Assembly (NCBI GenBank): GCA_051294375.1
Contig: JBJCIZ010001289.1
Coordinates: 1 to 7,510 of the forward strand
From: Paraspadella gotoi
Taxonomy: Eukaryota; Animalia; Chaetognatha
Length of the DNA stretch: 7,510 bases
Direction: 5' to 3'
The notes below the pieces were generated by a model. It did no database searches. It was not told the origin of the DNA and worked only from the letters and a program-made list of their open reading frames with translations. The position numbers were made by a program, and so were the translations under genes. This document shows positions 6,114 through 7,510 of the stretch, piece by piece (positions within the stretch are counted from its first letter, which is position 1; every line of letters begins with the position of its first letter).

Positions 6114-6291
6114 TAAAAAGTATTCAATTTTGGCCCGCCTTACTAGATATTAGGCCTTACTAGATATATTGCATGTGATTAAACAATGTTATCGGAATAA
6201 TAATTTATCAATTTATGTATTTTGTAAGTATTTTAAGTATTTTTATTCAGTGAGTAAAATAACTTTTTTATTCGCTAATTTTTATCTCGGA

Positions 6292-6308
6292 CTCTCTCTC
6301 TCTTTCTA

Positions 6309-6344
<36 letters not shown>

Positions 6345-6376
6345 AAATTGCGACGATCCTTATGCTCATTTTACTG

Positions 6377-6454
<78 letters not shown>

Positions 6455-6472
6455 TGCGACGATCCTTATGCT
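6292..6472 (+). repeat. Two tandem units of (CT)n + AATTGCGACGATCCTTATGCT
   Basis: Motif at 6346-6366 and 6452-6472, each preceded by a long CT tract. Confidence 0.9.
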
Positions 6473-6544
6473 AGGAGTCTACGTCGTTCTTAGAAATCGA
6501 GGAAGACTTTTTCAATGAGATTTTCGTTAAAATCTGAACTACCA

Positions 6545-6930
6545 AATAATGTCAACGCCCCTGGGAAAAATTCAGGTAAAAAACAGATGTAAAAACACTC
6601 GATTCCGATCCTGTTACATCTCAAGGGCTCGCATTTTTTCTTTTGACAAATAACCATCATTTTGACATCAACCATCAGATTCAAATGGACTGGTCCACTC
6701 GGAAAATATTTTCAACACGATTTTATATATAAAATAAAGGGATTTCTCAACTTCAATACAATGTCAACGCATTTAAGGTATGTTGTCATTTTACAATTAA
6801 TTCGAATTCAGGAATCCGATAGCCATATGTCTGAAGGGCTCGCAAATTTTTCTTTTTCTTGTATTTAGCCATTTACATATCAAATGGTCAGGTTAAAGTG
6901 AAATAGTCCAGTTATTATCGCGAAATTTTA
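6545..6930. repeat. Degenerate tandem duplication, period about 211 bp
   Basis: AATGTCAACGC at 6548 and 6760; GA(T/A)TCCGAT at 6601 and 6812; AAGGGCTCGCA..TTTTTCTTTT at 6623 and 6834. Boundaries are approximate. Confidence 0.65.
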
Positions 6931-7176
6931 TTTAACATAAAAATAAAGGAGGAGAGAATGAAATTTTTATTAATAAGAAACTAAAGGAAAATCTTTTTCG
7001 TCAGCTTACTAGAAAAACTGATGTTCTTTTTTTTCCTGTTTATCATGTTTCAGCTGACGAGTGAAAGCAGTGGGCTCGGGAGTTAAACGCGGCAGCAGCA
7101 GTGGCAGAGAGCGGCAGAATTACAGAGCAGATAATCGCGCCATGGAAACCAAACAAATAAAACTTTGGCTCAGACA

Positions 7177-7510
7177 ACCTGCGACCGCGAGGAGGATGAG
7201 CACGGCGACCACGCCATGCACTGTCACGACGACCAGGGAGTTAGGGAGGCCGCCACAATCGAATTCGGGACAGAATCTATTCTGAGGCTCAATTCGCGAG
7301 CCTTGACCCGAAAAAAGGAGCACCGGGCCTCGTTCCAGATCCCAATCTCGCCCCGCGGACGTCTACATCCCTAACTGGATTGATGGCCGAAAAATGGCCT
7401 TTGACGTTTCTGTCGTCTCTCCCGTTCAAGAGCCATTGTTTCTCAGGCCGCCACCACCCGCCGCAGCTGCAATTGAATGCGCAAAACCTCCAAAATGCGC
7501 AACCACTTTG
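7177..7510 (+). pseudogene. CRE-clade-like non-LTR retrotransposon fragment: zinc knuckle and restriction-like endonuclease, frameshifted, runs off the window
   Basis: Joined across frameshifts: TCDREEDEHGDHAMHCHDDQG / GRHNRIRDRIYSEAQFASLDPKK / SRPADVYIPNWIDGRKMAFDVSVVSPVQ / AAAAIE / RKTSKMRNHF. Partial CCHC knuckle, RHN (7251-7259), RPAD (7349-7360) and DV.V.SP motifs of the RLE domain. Confidence 0.85.

Noticed and set aside
6137-6167. 14-bp direct repeat GCCTTACTAGATAT as a TSD
   Set aside because: The copies are only 3 bp apart with no element between them. It is a local micro-duplication.
6268-6453. RE-rich ORF, and the SL-rich ORFs at 5651-5865
   Set aside because: These are translations of CT/GA microsatellites.
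7055-7067. CTGACGA-GT-GAAA resembling a hammerhead ribozyme core
   Set aside because: Only 2 nt lie between the core boxes, too few for stem-loop II, and I found no convincing stems I and III.

Overview
AT-rich, repeat-dense eukaryotic (probably animal) DNA with no intact protein-coding gene that I can support. The main signal is four type-P5 twister ribozyme folds, all on the + strand, in three related non-coding mobile elements. (1) A tRNA-Gly(TCC)-like head is fused directly to a twister (915-1063, SINE-like). (2) A 691-bp TRIM-like LTR element (2447-3137) has a 4-bp TSD CTAG, a candidate PBS and a twister in each LTR. (3) A divergent solo LTR (4183-4439) has a 4-bp TSD AGAC and carries tRNA-like Pol III A/B boxes followed by a twister with compensatory base changes. 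This looks like a retrozyme-type system built on twister rather than hammerhead ribozymes. The rest comprises two degenerate CRE-like non-LTR retrotransposon endonuclease fragments, HINE/DINE-1-like repeats, a fold-back repeat, microsatellites and an unidentified GC-rich coding-like stretch. Ribozyme calls come from manual folding against the twister consensus. Activity and novelty are untested, and the many 1-nt indels may be decay or sequencing error.
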